Shown piece after piece: positions 39,157 through 47,897 of a stretch of DNA of 64,000 nucleotides. The stretch spans positions 62,001 to 126,000 of the IMG/VR virus record IMGVR_UViG_3300009093_000035; one strand, written 5' to 3'. The position numbers and the translations under genes were made by a program. How positions within the stretch are numbered: the stretch's first letter is position 1; every line of letters starts with the position of its first letter. The notes beneath the pieces were generated by a model, which was given only the letters and a program-made list of their open reading frames with translations, was not told the DNA's origin and ran no database searches.

Positions 39157-39759
39157 CTACTCCGCGGCGATCCCGTAGAACAAGAAGCCGACCGCCGAGC
39201 CCTGGAGCACGATGTCTCCACGGACCTCCCAAGAGCCGAACCCGAACTTGTCCTTCTCGCCCGTGTCTCGGACACTTCGGATCTTCCCCGGAAGAGCGCC
39301 GCTCGCCCGAGCCCAAGTCCCGAAGGCGGATCGAGCCTCCTCGTCCGAATCGGCTCGAAGCACGACCTTCTTCGCCTTCGTCTCAGCTCGGCCGGAGACG
39401 ACTGGGATCGCAAACGCCGGACCCGACTTCGGGTTGTGTCTCACGTCCTGATTGGCGTAGGTCTTTGCCTCCGCAAGGGTCATGCCCTTCGCCCTGAGGA
39501 CGAACCCCTTCCCGGCCTTCTCCAGGATCGTCCCCGAGTACCCGCCCTCGGAATCGTCGTCACGATACGACCGAACGTCGTTCTCCGCGTCCTGTACGAG
39601 CTTCTCGAAGACCTTCTTCGGATCCGTCCCCTCGCCGTACTCCTGGAACTCGGCGCCGCCTGCGGTCTTCGAGAGGAGCGAAAGAAGTGCCGGTCGTAGC
39701 TCGGGCTTCGAGTGCGCGAGACGGATGAGCTTTCGACGCAGCTTGAGGTCGGGGGTCAC
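39157..39759 (-). CDS. IRLAH-tag protein, 200 aa
   Basis: LRRKLIRLAHSKPELRPALLSLLSKTAG. Confidence 0.8.
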   Translation of the reverse strand: MTPDLKLRRKLIRLAHSKPELRPALLSLLSKTAGGAEFQEYGEGTDPKKVFEKLVQDAENDVRSYRDDDSEGGYSGTILEKAGKGFVLRAKGMTLAEAKTYANQDVRHNPKSGPAFAIPVVSGRAETKAKKVVLRADSDEEARSAFGTWARASGALPGKIRSVRDTGEKDKFGFGSWEVRGDIVLQGSAVGFLFYGIAAE

Positions 39760-39793
39760 AGACCTCCGACCTCAAAGGAACTCCACCGAAGGT

Positions 39794-40492
39794 TCAGGGC
39801 TGAGGCGTCGTCGGCTTCTGGAGCCGTTCGGAGACCTCGATGATCTGGTGGGCCGGAATCCAGCGCGTATCCCGCTCCAGAGGCGGGCGAACGTTTCGAC
39901 CAGTGTTCTGGTTCATCGTCCAGAACACCCAGCGAAGACGGTCCTCCTCTTCGCGCGAGCGGAACTTCTCCTTCACGACCCCGACCTTCCCGGTCTTGAA
40001 GTTCACCCCGTTCACGGTCTCTTCGCGAACCGGGCCGTCCTTGTACTGGATCCGAACCTTGTCGCCCGGCTTCAGGTTCAGCTCTTCGAGCTTCTTCCGA
40101 CCCGGCTCCGCAGCGTCGTCCTTCGCGTCCATCCGGTCCTGACGACGGTCGAGAAGCTCGGCCTTCTCCTTCTCGGTCTTCGCCTTGTCGGCCTTTCCGA
40201 CGTAGCGGATCACCTTCGCGTTCGCGTCGTAGCGGGAACCCTTCGCGGGGAAGCGAAGGTCCCCCGCCGACGAAGAGAGCAGAAGTTCGGCGTTCCCGGT
40301 TCGCTTCGTCGTGACGCTGACGATCGTAGCGGGAATCCAACCCTTCCGCGTCTGGACTTCGACGGAGTCCCCTTCGTGGAAGTACCCGTCCGAAGGCGCA
40401 GCTTCCTTCAAGATCGGGATGAGGTGCTCGCGAAGCTCGGGCTTCTCGTGAGCGAGACGGATCGTCTTCGAGCGGAGTTCGTCGTCGTTCAT
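39794..40492 (-). CDS. IRLAH-tag protein with two SH3/KOW-like repeats, 232 aa
   Basis: LRSKTIRLAHEKPELREHLIPILKEAA; GDSVEV ... WIPATIV and LKPGDKVRIQY segments. Confidence 0.8.
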   Translation of the reverse strand: MNDDELRSKTIRLAHEKPELREHLIPILKEAAPSDGYFHEGDSVEVQTRKGWIPATIVSVTTKRTGNAELLLSSSAGDLRFPAKGSRYDANAKVIRYVGKADKAKTEKEKAELLDRRQDRMDAKDDAAEPGRKKLEELNLKPGDKVRIQYKDGPVREETVNGVNFKTGKVGVVKEKFRSREEEDRLRWVFWTMNQNTGRNVRPPLERDTRWIPAHQIIEVSERLQKPTTPQP

Positions 40493-40519
40493 GGTCGGTT
40501 CCTCCTGAGATCGATTCGC

Positions 40520-41311
40520 CTAGAACCGACCGCTTACGCTCAGGTACGCTCGCGTAGGGGTGCCTTCGGTCGCCGTGAACTCGAAGGCGAAGGAGAGGCC
40601 CGTTCCGATCAGCGCGATTCCGGAGACCGCGTACATGATGTTCGCCCCGAGCGCGAACGAGGAGATCTCACTGATCTGGGCTTCGGAGCACCCCGAGACC
40701 GTCTGCCCGCACGTAGCGGACAGATTCGAGTAGAGGTCCGAGGCGTGGACTCCGAGACCGATCGCTATCGCCGCCGATACCAGGGTCAAGGCTCCGGCCG
40801 CGATCGTGAAGGTGTAGTCGCCTCGCGGAACCGTAAGAACGGGCTCCTCGGGCTCCGGGAGGGCCTCTACGGGCGGTTCCGGGGTCGGGGCGACGTCCGG
40901 CTGGGGCTCTGGCTCCGGGGCTACCGCGGCCTCCGAGGGCATCCGCGCGAGGCGCCCAGTGAGGTCGGAGATGACCGTCCGTACGGTAACGGCGTCCGAA
41001 GCCTCCGGAAGCTCCCGAAGGTACCGCTGGTACGCCGCCAGGGCGCGCTCCAGGAGGGGGCGGGCGACTGCGTCCGGTAGGGCTCCCGCCGCCCGCTGAT
41101 AGCAGGCGCCGACGTTGTAGAGAAGCTCGGAAGCGTGGACGATCGCGAAGCTCTGCTCGAACTCCTGGGCGCAGTCGATCCAGCGCGATTCCGCGAACGC
41201 GCGATTCCCGCTCTCGAAGTGGGCGCGGGCCGACTCCTCTCGGGTCTGGGCCGAGACCGCCGCCGGGAACACCAGAAGCGAGAAGACGAGAAAAACGTGT
41301 AGATTTCGCAT
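40520..41311 (-). CDS. Exported TPR-repeat protein of myxobacterial type
   Basis: Signal peptide MRNLHVFLVFSLLVFPAAVSA; ARAHFESG ... LLYNVGACY TPRs; Pro-rich linker; C-terminal hydrophobic hairpins ending VSGRF. Confidence 0.75.
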   Translation of the reverse strand: MRNLHVFLVFSLLVFPAAVSAQTREESARAHFESGNRAFAESRWIDCAQEFEQSFAIVHASELLYNVGACYQRAAGALPDAVARPLLERALAAYQRYLRELPEASDAVTVRTVISDLTGRLARMPSEAAVAPEPEPQPDVAPTPEPPVEALPEPEEPVLTVPRGDYTFTIAAGALTLVSAAIAIGLGVHASDLYSNLSATCGQTVSGCSEAQISEISSFALGANIMYAVSGIALIGTGLSFAFEFTATEGTPTRAYLSVSGRF

Positions 41312-41334
41312 AGGGACGTAACCTTTCGCTCGTA

Positions 41335-41361
41335 TAACGAACGAGACGGCCGTCCCTACAC
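41335..41361 (-). promoter_or_regulatory. GTGTAR-N14-TTCGTTA element, copy 1
   Basis: GTGTAG ggacggccgtCTCG TTCGTTA, upstream of the TPR gene. Confidence 0.6.
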
Positions 41362-41364
41362 TAC

Positions 41365-42804
41365 CTACTTCCAGTAGCAAACGAGGGAGATGTCCCCGAT
41401 CGAGCCGGAGTAGGAAATGGTTACCGAGGTCGGTCCGGTCCCGGAGGCCGATACGGTCCCTACCCCGATCCCGTTCCTCGGGGTAGCCATGCAGTAGTCC
41501 GGGGTCGAGGCGAAAGTGATCACGCCTGCGGCGTCCGGAGTGATGACGTCGGGGGTCGATCCGTCGGTCGTGTAGGTCCGAAGGATCTTGTCGACGTGGA
41601 CTGCCCCCGTTCCCGAAGTGATGATCTGAGTCCCCTCGATGTTGATGTTGGACCCTCGAAGATCGAAGACCACACCGTTCGCGGCGTGGATGTTGCTGGT
41701 GAGGAGGTTCGCCACATCGCAGCTACGAAGAGAAGCGTTGAGCGTATTGGACGCAGCCCCCGCCACCTTCAACTTGATCACGGAGTTGATAGTCGCGTTG
41801 TACACATCGAACGCGTTACCAGACACGTCAGCAAAAGGACTCGTCTCGAAGTCGAACGTATCTGCGTTCCCTCCGTATTGGCGATACCTCAGTATCCCAG
41901 TGAGAGAAGATCCGAGTACGTTCCGAAGACTACAACCCTTCAGACCGATATCCCCAGGGGCCCCGATCAGCTTGAAATCGCTCCCCCACCCACATGCCGT
42001 CGCGTCGAGAGACGGCGAGAAGGGAGGCTTATCCACATCTGTCGAATCGTAGGTGATGTCCGTCTTCCCGAACGTGCAGTCCGATACCTTCACGAGACCG
42101 CACGTGAAGATCTCGAACTTCGTAGCTCCGCCGATCTCGAAGTAGACGTTGTTGAAAATGGCGATACCGACGTCTTTCAGACGCCCGCTGAAGGTGGGGC
42201 CGAAGAACCCGCAGTCCTGAAGAACGAGACTTCCGGAGAAATCCCCGCCCATATAGTTCCCCCCGCCACCCGTACCATCGCAGTAGAGCGCGCGACCGGT
42301 TCCAGCCGTCACGGTCGCCCTCAGATTACGGATGCCGAGGTACTTCACATGAGAGGGAGGGACGAAGATATGAGACCCGTCGTTCCCAACGTTCTGGATG
42401 ACGGTACCTCCTGTCCCGAGGAAATCGAACCCAGCACCCTGAACCACGAGATGGTGGAGGCCTGAAGGCCAAACGGGCAAATCGGACGCCCCATTCAGAG
42501 TGTACACCCCAGGACCGATCACCAGGGTGTCCCCGTCCAAACAGGCTTGGAGGGCGCTCTTGAACGTCCCGAAGGGCTTCGAAGCGTCGCCGCGGGACGC
42601 GGACCCGTCGACTCCGGTCGGCGTGAGGTACACGGCGTTCGGAGGACCTACGATCCCTCCCGAAACGGCGAAAGCGGTTTCGGTACCCGTGTCGTCCTTG
42701 TAGTAGGGCCTCTTGTCCGTCTTGAAGTAGAAGCTCGTCGACCCGGCTGCGGGGGTGGCGGGCGTCGTGCCCACTCCAAGATTCACTAGTCCTGCTACGG
42801 TCAT
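41365..42804 (-). CDS. Tail fibre/spike-like protein with right-handed beta-helix (pectin-lyase-like)
   Basis: VYLTPTGVD ... KPFGTFKSALQACLDGDTLVIGPGVY is a typical beta-helix cap; Asn/Gly/Cys-ladder-like repeats follow. Confidence 0.65.
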   Translation of the reverse strand: MTVAGLVNLGVGTTPATPAAGSTSFYFKTDKRPYYKDDTGTETAFAVSGGIVGPPNAVYLTPTGVDGSASRGDASKPFGTFKSALQACLDGDTLVIGPGVYTLNGASDLPVWPSGLHHLVVQGAGFDFLGTGGTVIQNVGNDGSHIFVPPSHVKYLGIRNLRATVTAGTGRALYCDGTGGGGNYMGGDFSGSLVLQDCGFFGPTFSGRLKDVGIAIFNNVYFEIGGATKFEIFTCGLVKVSDCTFGKTDITYDSTDVDKPPFSPSLDATACGWGSDFKLIGAPGDIGLKGCSLRNVLGSSLTGILRYRQYGGNADTFDFETSPFADVSGNAFDVYNATINSVIKLKVAGAASNTLNASLRSCDVANLLTSNIHAANGVVFDLRGSNINIEGTQIITSGTGAVHVDKILRTYTTDGSTPDVITPDAAGVITFASTPDYCMATPRNGIGVGTVSASGTGPTSVTISYSGSIGDISLVCYWK

Positions 42805-42813
42805 GGAACTCCC

Positions 42814-43104
42814 TCAGAGAACGGCGAGCTGCCCGCCGGCTTCTACGGTGATTGCTGAACCAGCCTCGACGATGAAGGGACCTCTCACGAGGTACTGGAA
42901 GTCGGGGGACACATCCACAGTTGTGTTGGAGGAGAGGCGGAAACGGAGAGATCCGTTGCCCATTGCTCCCGCTCCGACTGGAGTCTCGGCCCCCGTGTCG
43001 TCCTTGTAGTAGACGCTCTTGTCACTGCTCTTGGCGTAGAGAGTGATCTTCCCCGTCGGAGGGGTAGGCGCCGATAGGCCGGTAGTGAGCTTCAGTTGAG
43101 CCAT
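42814..43104 (-). CDS. Small fibre-associated protein sharing an N-terminal module with 41365..42804
   Basis: LYAKSSDKSVYYKDDTGAET vs FYFKTDKRPYYKDDTGTET. Confidence 0.65.
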   Translation of the reverse strand: MAQLKLTTGLSAPTPPTGKITLYAKSSDKSVYYKDDTGAETPVGAGAMGNGSLRFRLSSNTTVDVSPDFQYLVRGPFIVEAGSAITVEAGGQLAVL

Positions 43105-43140
43105 GGAGAGTCGTATCAGACTCTCCATAGAGAGATCAGG

Positions 43141-43287
43141 CTAAGCCCGACCCGGCTTCTTTCGGAGCACCCAAATGGGAAACGCCCCGCTCGCGCTTCT
43201 CTCGGCTAGGACGAGATAGAAGTGCAGCAGGGCGCGGAAAACGGCGGGCGAACAATCGGAAAGGTCGGAGTAGTCAACGGTGTCCAT
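43141..43287 (-). CDS. Possible 48-aa ORF (not in the track)
   Basis: ATG at 43287 to TAG at 43141 fills the gap; GGAGG lies only 1 nt from the ATG, which weakens it. Confidence 0.3.
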   Translation of the reverse strand: MDTVDYSDLSDCSPAVFRALLHFYLVLAERSASGAFPIWVLRKKPGRA

Positions 43288-43324
43288 ACCTCCCTAATCG
43301 CCGCGAGGAGGGGAACCCGGAAGA

Positions 43325-43543
43325 CTATTCGTTCAGGAAGATCCGGATGGAGCACCGAGGACACCCGACGTACTTCCGGTCTGACGAGACCATGTAGAAG
43401 GGATCCTCTTCGGTATGGATCTCCGAACGACCGAAGGTGAACTCGGCCTTACATCGACCGCAGGTCGCCCGACCGATCTGAAGCTCCCCGCAGCGAGAGG
43501 CGCGAGACTGACGACGAGCTTTCCGTTGGGAGCGCCCGCTCAC
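43325..43543 (-). CDS. Small Zn-finger-like protein
   Basis: CGRC ... CPRC; GTGA-coupled to the ligase stop. Confidence 0.55.
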   Translation of the reverse strand: MSGRSQRKARRQSRASRCGELQIGRATCGRCKAEFTFGRSEIHTEEDPFYMVSSDRKYVGCPRCSIRIFLNE

Positions 43544-44658
43544 GCCTTCTCCAGGTACCGATTCCCGACGAGCTTCAAGATCACGCGGCCCAACTGAGGG
43601 TCGATCCGCTCGACCTCGGGTTTGACCACGACGCCTTCGGCGTAGTGGGGCTTGAATTTTCCCCCGCTGAGGACACTGTCGGCTTCAGCGAGAGCTTCGA
43701 TCCCCTCGGCGAGGAAAGGTCCGCGATAGACGACAGGAACGCGAGACAGACCGTCCCGACCGTCGCCTCCGAACAGATCCCGAGCGTCCATCCACTTCCG
43801 GTCCCCGAGGTAGACGTCAAAGACGAGGAACGCGGGAAACCCCTGTGGGATCCCGTAGTGCATCTTCTTCGTCGACCGGAAGACCTCGCCGTAGAGGATC
43901 TTGTCTTCGTTTGCTCGGCACCACGTCTCGATCCACGGGTTGGCTCTCAGAGCCGCCCAGAAGACCGACGGGTTCTGGCTCCGGTCCCAGGCCTTCAGGT
44001 CGAGATCTCCGCCCATCTTCCCGGTCCCGGTGTCGATCGTGACGATTCCTGGCTCGACGCTCTCGTCCGGAGGACGCTTCCATTCCGTCCGAGACCCCAC
44101 CCACATCCGACCTCCGCGGAAGGCGTAGCGGGCGCTCTCCCCGTTGATCTTCTCCGTGACGATCACCGGTTCCCCTGGAGTGAAGAGGTCTCGCCACTTC
44201 CTCTTCGTGGCCCTCTCCCCTCCGCGGAAGTTCTCCATGTCGTAGGCGGAGAGATGGGCGAGAGAATCGATCGGACGCTCGCCTTCCTGGCTCTGGATGT
44301 TCGCGTATGGATCGTAGCGGACGATCCCGAGGCGCTCCATGACGTTGTCCCCTTCGGAGACCTTGTCCTTCAACGCCCCGAGCTTCATCAGGAGCCCCTG
44401 GGAGTAGATCCCACGGAACTTCCGGACCTTGATTCGGCGATCGTCGGTCGGTAGGTAGCTCCAGAGAGACGAGAAGGGATGCTCGTTCCCCGGCAAGACG
44501 TAGTCCGGCTCGACGTAGATCGCGAGGTCTCCCGTCGCGAAGTCTTCCGTGCGGACGACGCACGTGTACCCGTCGATCTCGACAAGGCCCAGGGTATCCG
44601 CGGCGGGGTGCTTCTTCACCTCACCGAGTCGAATCACGAAGACGCCGTGGGTACTCAT
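43540..44658 (-). CDS. RNA ligase, Rnl2/DRB0094-like, with N-terminal OB (tRNA-binding-like) module
   Basis: HPAADTL N-domain; motif I TEKINGES; YGEV (III), FDV (IIIa), EGVVVK (IV), ILKLV (V). Confidence 0.88.
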   Translation of the reverse strand: MSTHGVFVIRLGEVKKHPAADTLGLVEIDGYTCVVRTEDFATGDLAIYVEPDYVLPGNEHPFSSLWSYLPTDDRRIKVRKFRGIYSQGLLMKLGALKDKVSEGDNVMERLGIVRYDPYANIQSQEGERPIDSLAHLSAYDMENFRGGERATKRKWRDLFTPGEPVIVTEKINGESARYAFRGGRMWVGSRTEWKRPPDESVEPGIVTIDTGTGKMGGDLDLKAWDRSQNPSVFWAALRANPWIETWCRANEDKILYGEVFRSTKKMHYGIPQGFPAFLVFDVYLGDRKWMDARDLFGGDGRDGLSRVPVVYRGPFLAEGIEALAEADSVLSGGKFKPHYAEGVVVKPEVERIDPQLGRVILKLVGNRYLEKA

Positions 44659-44858
44659 GGTTTCTTCTCGCTCTCGATCTCCGCCAACCGACGGAACTTT
44701 CGGATCTCCCCCACGACTCGCCAGATGTGAACATGGCAGTCGTAGCGATGAGCGCTTCCCGGAGCGTATTGATGACGAGCGGGAAGGAGGGCGGTCCGGA
44801 GCCAGGTTACTCTCCGCGCCACCTTCTCCGCCGCCGGTTCCTTGAAGATGTCGCTCAC
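44655..44858 (-). CDS. Small hypothetical protein (~67 aa)
   Basis: GTGA/ATGA-type coupling on both sides. Confidence 0.5.
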   Translation of the reverse strand: MSDIFKEPAAEKVARRVTWLRTALLPARHQYAPGSAHRYDCHVHIWRVVGEIRKFRRLAEIESEKKP

Positions 44859-45121
44859 TTCCGGAAGACGACTCCTTCGAAGTTGTCCGTGGGACGAGAG
44901 ATCAACACCCCAGCGAGGCGAAAATCCGCAGACAGGACTCGGAGATCTTGAAGGATCTGGTCGTGGCGGGAATCCCCGTTCTCCGGCTTTGCTCCTCCGC
45001 AACGCCTCCACCAGCGGTAATCCTCCAAGAGCCTCGAAGCGCCCTCGAAGTCTCGGTAGCTGAGACGTTCCAGAGCGGAAGTCAAGGTCGCTTCCGGATC
45101 CATATCCACGTTGTCGCTCAT
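44855..45121 (-). CDS. Small hypothetical protein (~88 aa)
   Basis: MSDNVDMDPEATL...; ATGA overlap with the upstream stop. Confidence 0.55.
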   Translation of the reverse strand: MSDNVDMDPEATLTSALERLSYRDFEGASRLLEDYRWWRRCGGAKPENGDSRHDQILQDLRVLSADFRLAGVLISRPTDNFEGVVFRK

Positions 45122-45516
45122 GACCCCTCGAAGATGATCTTGTGCATCTGACGAAGATGGATCCCGGTACCCGTCCAGCGACCCGGATCTGTCCAGCGGT
45201 AGTGGATCGAACTCGCCCCTTCGTAGGGACCCCGCTTCGTCTTTGGGGCGGCGTCCACCTTCGCGTTGTTCTGGGCGGCGTAGGCCATCCACTGGCGCTC
45301 CCCCTCGGCGATCGCCGTCTCTCGGTCGACCCCCTCCCAGAACATGACGTAGACCCGACGCTGGATGAAATACATCTCGGACCCGGCGACGTCCGCCCCC
45401 GACATGCTCTTCAGAGCGGTGTCGCCCAGCGCCATCGACTGGCGCATCTGGACGAAGAGCTTCTCTTCCTGCTCAGGGGTCACGGAGGCCCCTCGGACGT
45501 TCGTGTTCTGGTACAC
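45118..45516 (-). CDS. Hypothetical protein (132 aa)
   Basis: GTG start after GGAGGA; codon bias like its neighbours. Confidence 0.65.
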   Translation of the reverse strand: MYQNTNVRGASVTPEQEEKLFVQMRQSMALGDTALKSMSGADVAGSEMYFIQRRVYVMFWEGVDRETAIAEGERQWMAYAAQNNAKVDAAPKTKRGPYEGASSIHYRWTDPGRWTGTGIHLRQMHKIIFEGS

Positions 45517-45525
45517 AGGGTCCTC

Positions 45526-45933
45526 CTACGGTTTGTGAACGCCGTCGCGGAGCCAGTCGGGGAAGTAGTCCGAGACCTCCTCGGGAAGACCGTCAGCGAC
45601 CCGCGCCAAGATCTGGGAGACCTTCTCGATGTCCTTCGTGCACTCGACGGTAAGGCGCTCGAACCGAGCCACGATGTCCGGGGCGTTCCCGCAGACCCCG
45701 GTCGCCCAGTGGGCCGCCGTCTTCGCGTAGCCGGTATGGCCGTCCCGACGCTCCAGGAGCATCTCCCGCCACCCTCGAAGACCCCCGAGGGTAATCTCGT
45801 GACGCTTCTCGCCCACGACGCGGCGGATGTCTTCCCCTCGGTAGTACATCCGGTTGTAGAGACAGAAGCTGTCGATCTGGGAACGGAGGGTTCCCAGATC
45901 TTTCTTCGTCCACTTCTTCGCGCCCCGGCTCAT
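45526..45933 (-). CDS. Hypothetical protein (~135 aa)
   Basis: MSRGAKKW... start at 45933 coupled to the upstream stop. Confidence 0.6.
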   Translation of the reverse strand: MSRGAKKWTKKDLGTLRSQIDSFCLYNRMYYRGEDIRRVVGEKRHEITLGGLRGWREMLLERRDGHTGYAKTAAHWATGVCGNAPDIVARFERLTVECTKDIEKVSQILARVADGLPEEVSDYFPDWLRDGVHKP

Positions 45934-46313
45934 CCGTAGAGGACCTCTCCGAAGAAGCAGCACTGGACGAACGCGTCGCCCGTATTCGCGTCGTAGTTGT
46001 CCTGGAGGAAGTCCGAGAAGTGCTTCGGGTACTTCGCCGACAGAACCTGGAGGCCCTGAGCGATCGTCTTCCCGTCGAGACGGTGGACCTTGTCGTTCGC
46101 GTAGAAATCCTCGCAGACGACCGCTCCGCCCTGGAGGGGGAAGTCGATATAGTTGTAGATCTTCTGACCCGAAAGGGTCGGCTTGACCTCCGTGCGGGGC
46201 TTCCGATAGCCCTTGATCTTGCACCAGTAGCCCACGCCGCCTTCGAAAGCGGAACACAGCAGGCCAGCGAGCTTCTCGGAGGTGATCTCGGTCTTGACGG
46301 TGAAGTTCTTCAT
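45930..46313 (-). CDS. Hypothetical protein (127 aa)
   Basis: GAGGAG RBS; preceded by the conserved promoter-like element. Confidence 0.7.
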   Translation of the reverse strand: MKNFTVKTEITSEKLAGLLCSAFEGGVGYWCKIKGYRKPRTEVKPTLSGQKIYNYIDFPLQGGAVVCEDFYANDKVHRLDGKTIAQGLQVLSAKYPKHFSDFLQDNYDANTGDAFVQCCFFGEVLYG

Positions 46314-46337
46314 GGTGTCTTCGTCTCCTCGTCGTTG

Positions 46338-46364
46338 TAACGAACGAGGGGGGAGGTTCTACAC
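46338..46364 (-). promoter_or_regulatory. GTGTAR-N14-TTCGTTA element, copy 2
   Basis: GTGTAG aacctcccccCTCG TTCGTTA. Confidence 0.6.
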
Positions 46365-46805
46365 TCCGAAGTCTCTTTTTGGAGCGAGCGAGAGCGCCGT
46401 CTCGGTCGTCTCTTCCCCCGAATCCCAGAGAACCTTGACGCCTTCCGGAAGAACGGCCTGGACTTTCCCGAGCTTTCCCGGGACCTTACGGGAGAAGACC
46501 TCGTCGTTCTTCCCGAGAGCTTTCCGGGCTTCGGTCTCCCGGGCCGCGTCGCGAAGTTCCCCGGAAGTCCCTCCTTCGAGGGCTCGGGAGATCTCGTAGA
46601 TCGTCGCGAGCTTCGCCCGAAGACTGAGCTGGGAATCCTTCCCGAGCTTCGCGTCCACGTAGTCCGCGAGCGTCCGGCCCTTTGCGGCCAGAAACGGGCT
46701 CGGATGCGGGATCTTCGCCAGCTTCGCCCTGGTTTCCGGCTTCGAGTAGTCGGAGATCGCCCTCTCCACCATCGAATTCGGGTCGCCTTTTCCTCGTGTG
46801 CGCAT
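46359..46805 (-). CDS. Hypothetical protein (148 aa)
   Basis: ATG after AGGA; C-terminal SH3-like GKVQAV ... VKVLWD segment. Confidence 0.65.
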   Translation of the reverse strand: MRTRGKGDPNSMVERAISDYSKPETRAKLAKIPHPSPFLAAKGRTLADYVDAKLGKDSQLSLRAKLATIYEISRALEGGTSGELRDAARETEARKALGKNDEVFSRKVPGKLGKVQAVLPEGVKVLWDSGEETTETALSLAPKRDFGV

Positions 46806-46815
46806 CGTGTTCCTG

Positions 46816-46842
46816 TAACGAACGAGGGGACGTCCGCTACAC
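46816..46842 (-). promoter_or_regulatory. GTGTAR-N14-TTCGTTA element, copy 3
   Basis: GTGTAG cggacgtcccCTCG TTCGTTA. Confidence 0.6.
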
Positions 46843-47277
46843 CTTCTCGTACGCGGGCCACTCGGCGGGCCACTGGTTGAGGAGCGTCTGGATCCTCTCC
46901 AGCTGGAGCTGGATGCTCTCGACCGGGACTCCGTGGGCGTTCCGAGCCGCGAGAACTTCCGGATCGAGTTCGGACCGGAAGACGACGAACTCGACCCGGT
47001 AGCCGTGGCGCTCCGCGAGCTTCACGTAGGGAGTGATCTCGGAGACCGTCTGGTTCGTGTTGTCGAGCACGACGAGAGGGAGGCCCTCCTCGAAGGCGCG
47101 GCGAACCTTCGTAGAGCACATCTGATGGGCGTACCCCAGGAACGCGGGATTGAACTTGTACTCGTCCCCGACCATGAAGAAGTCGTCGGCGGAACAGACG
47201 TACGCGTCCGGGAGAGCGTTACACAGCGTGCTCTTACCCGAGCCGCTCGCGCCGATCAGAATCTTGAAGGTCCTCAT
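46837..47277 (-). CDS. P-loop kinase (AAA_33 / PNK-kinase-like)
   Basis: GASGSGKST Walker A, CSADDF, VVLDNTN, LAARNAHGVP; typical of N4BP2/PNK-type kinases. Confidence 0.85.
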   Translation of the reverse strand: MRTFKILIGASGSGKSTLCNALPDAYVCSADDFFMVGDEYKFNPAFLGYAHQMCSTKVRRAFEEGLPLVVLDNTNQTVSEITPYVKLAERHGYRVEFVVFRSELDPEVLAARNAHGVPVESIQLQLERIQTLLNQWPAEWPAYEKV

Positions 47278-47284
47278 AGTCCTC

Positions 47285-47311
47285 TAACGAAGGGGGGTCC
47301 TCTTCTTACAC
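47285..47311 (-). promoter_or_regulatory. GTGTAR-N14-TTCGTTA element, copy 4
   Basis: GTGTAA gaagaggacccccc TTCGTTA. Confidence 0.55.
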
Positions 47312-47347
47312 CCGGGCGTAAGGAACTGAGAAGGAGAGAAGCGCTCG

Positions 47348-47893
47348 ATGACCCAAGACCCCACCGATTTCCTGGAGAGCCGGTTCGATTTCAACGAGTT
47401 CGTGCGGAACGCGCGAATTGGTTACGCCGAGTTGTGTGGGCGTCGGGAGGCTCTCGAAGCCACGATCGCTTCCGCGAGCGAGGAGCTGGTGAGCGTGAGG
47501 GATCAGATCGAGAAGCTGGAGAAGGTCCTCGACTCGTCCGGGATCGAGGCGGAGCCGAGCCTCGCTCGTCCGCGGACCTCCTACGTCTCCGCCACGACGA
47601 ACCAGGTCATCGAGGAGCTGAGGGAGAATCTCTCCTCCCGATCCGAGATCCACCCCGAGGCCACGATCATCTCCCTCGTCATCTCGAAGCTTCCCGACGC
47701 GAAGCCGAAGTCGATCTCCGCCGCGCTCTTCCGAATGGTCCAGCAACAGAAGCTCATCCGGTCCGGCAAGCGCGGGGACTACGCCTACCAGATCCCGCTC
47801 AGTCAGAGCGAAGTGATCGAGACTCTGACCACTCCGGCCACTCCGGCCGGACCGCGAACCTCCGACGCTGGACGCGACGGGTACACGGGCTGA
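47348..47893 (+). CDS. Coiled-coil + winged-helix-like protein
   Basis: AAGGAG RBS; heptad N-half; KSISAALFRMV ... LIRSGKRGDY is wHTH-like. Confidence 0.6.
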   Translation: MTQDPTDFLESRFDFNEFVRNARIGYAELCGRREALEATIASASEELVSVRDQIEKLEKVLDSSGIEAEPSLARPRTSYVSATTNQVIEELRENLSSRSEIHPEATIISLVISKLPDAKPKSISAALFRMVQQQKLIRSGKRGDYAYQIPLSQSEVIETLTTPATPAGPRTSDAGRDGYTG

Positions 47894-47897
47894 TCAC

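Noticed and set aside
311-43300. CGATTAGG at 311, 5943 and 43293 (minus) near gene starts
   Set aside because: Only three intergenic copies plus one in coding sequence, close to what an 8-mer could give by chance in this length.
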